From Coniocarpon cinnabarinum (lineage: Eukaryota), in NCBI GenBank assembly GCA_051942205.1, contig JAVECO010000004.1:62001-126000 (forward strand): 64,000 nucleotides of DNA. The letters are read 5' to 3'. A model generated the notes under the pieces. That model was not told the origin of the DNA. It saw only the letters and a program-made list of their open reading frames with translations, and ran no database searches. Each line of letters begins with the position of its first letter. The first letter of the stretch is position 1. This document shows, piece by piece, positions 58,690-64,000 of the stretch. Position numbers and translations under genes: made by a program.

Positions 58690-58747
58690 GAGGGAGGCTT
58701 GAGGGAGGCTTGAGGGAGGCTTGAGAGAGGCTTGAGGGAGGCTTGAG
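58690..58747. repeat. 11-bp minisatellite (GAGGGAGGCTT)5
   Basis: Five tandem units, one with a G>A change. Confidence 0.9.
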
Positions 58748-59230
58748 ACAGACGCGAGGGAGATGTGATCCCGCAATGGCTGCATGTTCCTGACTACCTC
58801 GTGCTCTGGGTCCCGCTGCATTTTGTTTATTCCACGAATCGACGAGCTCTGGTTCGACGCTGCGACCACGCTTCTAGCTAAAATACATGCGTGTTATCGC
58901 CAGCTAAGACTCGACAATGTCATCCTTCCTCCGTCGGCTGATACGTTCGGACGTCCCGTCAAAGATTATTCCTTCAATCAAGGCACATCTTCTCATTCCC
59001 TGTACGTGTCCACGAGAGTGCATCGGCTTTGGCCGCTTCAACACTCTGTTTCGAACTAGCGCGGGCGTTGACGTGGGCGTTGGCGCTGATGCTGGTGATT
59101 TACTTGTATGATTACACGGCCGATGAGAGCAGAGTAGGAGACTCCGAGTCTGCTCCTCATTGAACTAAGTCATCTAGTATCCGTGGGATACCACTGAAAG
59201 CATTGGAAGTCCCCTGCGATCTGGAAAAAC

Positions 59231-61391
59231 TCAATCAAATCCCTCAAAGTCAACCTCATCTCCCTCTCTCATCCCACCTTGAGAAGCACCAATCCGAGAA
59301 GCACCGTTCACATTCTGCGCCCTCACCTGCTCGATTAAATTCTTTAACTCCCTCTCCTTGACTCTCTCACCCTCACTCATTTTACTTTCTCTGTCTTTCT
59401 CCCGTTTCTTCACCCGCTTTTCTCTCCTTGCTTCTCGCTCCTCTTGTGCGTCTTTCTTGCTGCTCCACGCTTGTTTCCTCTTCTTTCCTCTCTCCACGTC
59501 TCGTCCCCTTTCTCCGTCACGTTCCCCACCACCGCTACATCCACCGCCACCGCCACCACCACCAGTCTTCTTCTCTTCAAGCTGCGCTTTCCGTTTCCTT
59601 TCTCGTCCTTTATCTCTATACGCGTAATTATCCCACTCAATGCTCAAGCCCAGTCGAGGATCAATATCGAGACCCTTGAGTTCGGGCATTCGGGGCAGCT
59701 TGAGAAGTCCCCAGCCAGCTGCGAGTTCTATCCAGGGAAGTTCCGCAACGCGAAAGATGGAGCGAGCCGTGTGTTTGCGATAGGCTTGGACGTACGATGG
59801 AAAAGCGATCTGGCTTTTATCATGCAATGCACGATCTTTTAACACCACTTGTCGTATCGACTCGGTTGCTTCTCGGGCTTCCTCATCGGTCACTTGGACA
59901 CTGTTCTCATTTTCTCCAGAAATATTGAAAGATGTCACAGGTGTGCCCCGGACGGCGAGGTAAGAGGGATATTCTTCACTTTCTCGCCCCGGCATCAGGA
60001 AGACAATCGCTAGTCCTTTTCTGCCTGCGCGGCCGGCACGGCCAGAGCGGTGGAGGAAACTGGTTGGATCGGAAGGGGGATCCAGTTGCACGACGAGATC
60101 AACTAGTGGGATGTCGAGACCTCGTGCTGCGACATCTGTCGTCAACAACAGCGTCGGCGTCATTGACGCTGTGAATTTGGTGAGGTTGGCTGTCCGTTGT
60201 GGTTGAGTCAGTCGGCCATGTAATGAGACGACGTCTAATTTTTCGGACGTGTGTTTCGTGTAGAAATGTGATATTAGTGACTGCAGAACATGGGATATGT
60301 AATCGACAGACGCGCACGTGGGAAGGTACGCAATAGTCTTCTGCGGTAGCGGTCTGACACTCGCCATCAACTTTAACAAAGAACCTAACTTCCGATCGGC
60401 CGACACAGTCAAACACCTCAGCTGCAACGCCGCTGGGGTTTTCAACTCTGCCTCCCCTGCCACCCCTCTCACCTTGACATTAACCCTATACGGATTCCTT
60501 AAGCCAACCCTGATGATGTCTTCAACCGCCTCACCCACGCTCGCGCTAAACAAACCGGTGCGTCGTTGCTTCGGTAAACGCGTGAGTATAGCGCTTAACG
60601 TTGGTTTGAAGCCAAGCTGTAGAAGGCGATCGGCTTCGTCGAGGACGAGAACTTGGAAGCTGGATTGAGGGCAGTGGACGTGCGGGGAAGAAATCAGATC
60701 CAGTAGTCTACCTGACGTCGCGATGAGGATGTTGGGGCTGTGTTTTAGGAAGTGGGAGAGTGACGTTTGAGGAGTTGTGTTGGAGCCGCCAGTCAGGAGC
60801 TGCGGGATGATCCTGAGGGTTGAGGCGGGGAAGATTGGGGGTTGTTGGTCGGTGTCGGTTTGGTTGTGGGTGGTGTCTGAGGAGGAGGTTGAGGGATTGA
60901 GGGCGTTGATGGCGGCGGCTGAAGGTGGATGAAAAGAGAGGAGTTGGAGAAGGACTGAGTGGATCTGTGTTGCGAGTTCGCTTTTGACTATCAGTCAACG
61001 TCCATTAATGTGAAACGCAAACGTACCGTGTAGGTGAGATGATAATAGCGCCAATATGATGTTTTGGTATTGGTTCTTCGAGGGCAAGTAGCCGTGATAT
61101 AATGGGAATGAGAAAGGCTAGAGTCTTGCCACTGCCTGTGACGGCCTGTAATACTTTTTAGCACTTCTTCGAAACGTTAACGTAAAATGGACAAGCATCA
61201 ACACACACCTCGACGACGGGATCCTTATTGCCTGTGAATAAGGGGATCGTGCTAGCTTGAACAGGAGTCATCCTTTCGAAGCCCATACTGTGTACTGCTT
61301 CGAGAACCCATTCTGCAAGTGGCGGCGTAAGAGCTTCCCATGCTCTTGTCGTGGCTCCATCATTCAACTTGCGTTGCACTTTAGATGACAT
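59231..61391 (-). CDS. SPB4: DEAD-box RNA helicase Spb4/DDX55 (3 exons)
   Basis: [78 protein letters not shown] and [11 protein letters not shown]. Confidence 0.95.
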
Positions 61392-63336
61392 GATGATGCT
61401 TCAAACTTTTGGATTTTGTGTCGTGCAGGGTGAGCGCTCAGGCACTCGGCGGGTATGAATTCTTTTTACGCCGGAAAACGGTGCCCTGAGCCCCAATTGT
61501 CCTTTATCATGTTTTTTTTCCACTTTTACCTCTCACGGATTACGCATAGAAAGTCAAGAGAAGATGTTGCGCCGTCAACACAAGCAGAGACAGTGAAACA
61601 TCACATGGCACTGATAGGTGTTTGGAGTATTCCTAGAGGCTGTTCCGCTGCAATTTAAGGGGTCAAGTCCTAAATTTAGGGCTTTGTCGCCTCTTGGACA
61701 CGCCCCGAAGATAGTGCCTACATCTCCGGCTAAACTCCGAAAGTATACAAGCTCCTGAATTTCACTACGGATCACTCAACATTTACAACACAATCGCAAT
61801 ATCTTTAAAGTATTCTGACTGATTTGAGATTCTATCTTGTCGTACACTCTCCATGTTGGTACCTGATCCGTAAGGTATCAAGTAGAGACATGGAGTGACA
61901 TGCAGCGGGTGGGATTGTATTCTATAAATATCCGCCCGTTGCTCGTATATCAGTCTATCAGCACCGTTATCAAAGATTTGCGCTCTCATCCACCGATTTA
62001 GTAAACGTGAGCTCGCTCAAAAGCACATGAGACTATTTTTAGGCTACTAATTCTAGGGTCCCTTCAAGATAAGCGAAAGAGACAGGGTGACACCCAAGAA
62101 GTCCTTCGATCGTGCCGCTAATGGGATGCGACGATATGTGGTACAAGAACCGGTTCCTGCAGATCCCTACATCACAATTTGGCGCAAGCAACCGACAGAT
62201 AAAGGTATTGACATGTGCCTTTGAGTTCGAGCAGTTCTGCACCCAGCTGAGGCCAAGCAGAACTTGAAGGACGAACGTTGTTCCTATTTGCTAGTCTGGA
62301 GAGTTCCTACCATTTGCAAGTGAGATTTGAATAGCGGCAGTAGAACCTTGACCAGGACCTTTGGTGACATAGCTTTGCACATCCCGCTTCGATGTGTTAG
62401 TCTCCACTTGTTGCCAGAGATAGTCGCTAACTGGTCAGAAGACGGCAGAGAGACGACCCCGTTTGCCATTGAGAAACGGCGCACGTCTACAGGCCCAGAA
62501 TAGTACTGCGTAACATGACTTTTCGCTCGATCAGACGCAATTCGCTACGTTGTTCCATGGTCCTTTCATCTAGAAAGTCTCAGGTCCAAGCCTTATTCTC
62601 AGGCGAGCGCCAAGTAGAACTGATGCAGATGCGTGTAGAGTCCATGGGTAAAATATATGCGTGGACTAAGTTCTTGCTATTGAGATAGATTCGTGCCGAG
62701 GTAGTGGAGCAGTGGAGCGGGCGAAGAAGCCGGGTAGTAACACAATGATATTAGGTCGACCCGCAATATTTCTCACAGTAGACGCATATCCCAATCAGAA
62801 CGGCTATTGCTAGCACTGATTAAGGCGTGAACATGATACGTAAATACGAAGTACATTGTACCTACAATGCAACCCAATGACGCGACAAGCAGAGGGTAGA
62901 TTAACGATCTGCAGACGCCACCCGGCAGCTACTCCCAGCAAACCATTCCAGCAAACCATTCCAGCGTGGTCTTTCTTGAGGCGGCATGGTGTAAAGCGCT
63001 AGAGCTTCCCCGGTGCGGCTTTTCCAAACATCTGCACGCGTCTTGTCACTGATTATCGTCCGTGCCCCTGCGCTGCGGCACACCTATGCAGATATGTGGC
63101 AAAGATCAACTTGGTCTTGGAGGACAACCGACTAACGCGTTACGTGTAACGCACGTCTGATAATAAAGGCTGACTGTGCCGATAAGTACTAAGCTGAGCT
63201 ACGTATGATTCGAAAAGCTTAATTAGCAAAGGTGCCGCGGCGTACTCACCAACTGAGATATATCGCCCCCTTCAAAGTGTAAATTCTTCGGATACAAAGT
63301 CTCTGCCAAGGCATTTATCTAGCTCAACTATCTCGA

Positions 63337-64000
63337 ATGGCGCTCTCGAGTGCAAGCCAGATGCCGGCGGCTCCAGCGCCTTCCGGACAAACTTCTCACT
63401 TGACAAGCCCACCAACACATGATAGCCCTTTCATCGCTGTCCCGGTCATATATTTAGTAATTACTACTCCCTTGCTAGCCATGAGATTATATACTCGCAA
63501 GTTTATCACACGTCGGGTATGGTGGGACGACTGTAAGCATGTCCAGTCGCTGAATGAGTCTACTGCTCATCGTCTTCTTTGGTCGACTGCGCTAATGAAT
63601 TCTGAAGGGACGTGTCTGCTCGGATGGGTGTTTCTTGTTGCCTTCGTCGCCCTTCTGATGCGGTGGTTAGACCTCGACGGAACAGCCGCAATGTGGAACA
63701 TCACAAAGGCAAGACAATTGGAGCTCCAAGAAGTACGTTTTGACACGTTGATACCGGAATAAGAAGGCTCATTCGACGCCGAAGCTTTTCAAGGATACAG
63801 AGATTGTCGCTCGAATCGGCATGTACTTCACAAGGACGTCCATACTCTTACTCCTCCACCGCATATTCGTCCCCGAAGGCGTACGTTATTCACTTAATTG
63901 GTGGGGAATCTGGATCACCATTTGCTGGAATCTGCTGTACGTTGTCGCACTCATCTTGTCCGTTCTTCTCGACTGCGTCAATAAGCCAGAAACAAAGCAG
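63337..64000 (+). CDS. PTH11-like / fungal rhodopsin-domain membrane protein, 5' part (runs off the window)
   Basis: APAPSGQTS leader, MRLYTR...WWDD|WTCLLGW and RTSILLLLHRIF. Introns 63533-63607 and 63733-63784. Confidence 0.85.

Noticed and set aside
58584..58747. Direct repeats as a possible CRISPR array
   Set aside because: Eukaryotic DNA, only two copies or pure tandem units, no unique spacers and no cas genes.
59205..59215. GGAAGTCCCC resembling the RNase MRP P4 5' strand
   Set aside because: The downstream sequence is SPB4 coding DNA, and no matching P4 3' strand was found.
61640..63300. TA-rich region with palindromes (CCTAAATTTAGG) as a RIP-degraded transposon
   Set aside because: No terminal repeats, target-site duplication or transposase/RT-like translation could be identified by eye.

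Overview
Intron-rich genomic DNA from a filamentous ascomycete (Pezizomycotina-type short introns with CTRAC branch sites). The species cannot be identified from sequence alone. About 21 protein-coding genes can be modelled by hand-splicing. A housekeeping block (RPF1, GRS1, a SAM-SNF2/ATRX-like remodeller, HEM1; 0.1-12.3 kb) is followed by an ~18 kb accessory-looking interval. That interval holds a HeLo-like N-terminal-domain gene with a GC-AG intron, a GGCT, a DUF1996 secreted protein with an unusual Gly/Ala/Ser tail, a PTH11-like membrane protein, a secreted multi-exon gene, a fragmented alpha/beta hydrolase and several orphans. A second conserved block follows (cyclin H, DUF4203 protein, ERF4, head-to-head RPT2/UBC1, a CRIB-motif protein, alpha-actinin, CLA4, SPB4), and a truncated PTH11-like gene ends the window. 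I found no tRNA, rRNA, CRISPR array or recognisable transposon ORF. The best leads are (1) a perfect CRIB motif missed by the ORF track, in a gene co-oriented with alpha-actinin and Cla4; (2) the HeLo-like gene with no NACHT domain; (3) many AAG/GAG 3' splice sites; (4) dual-start GlyRS and GGCT genes. All family calls come from recognising motifs by eye, not from database searches, and none of the leads is shown to be a new system.
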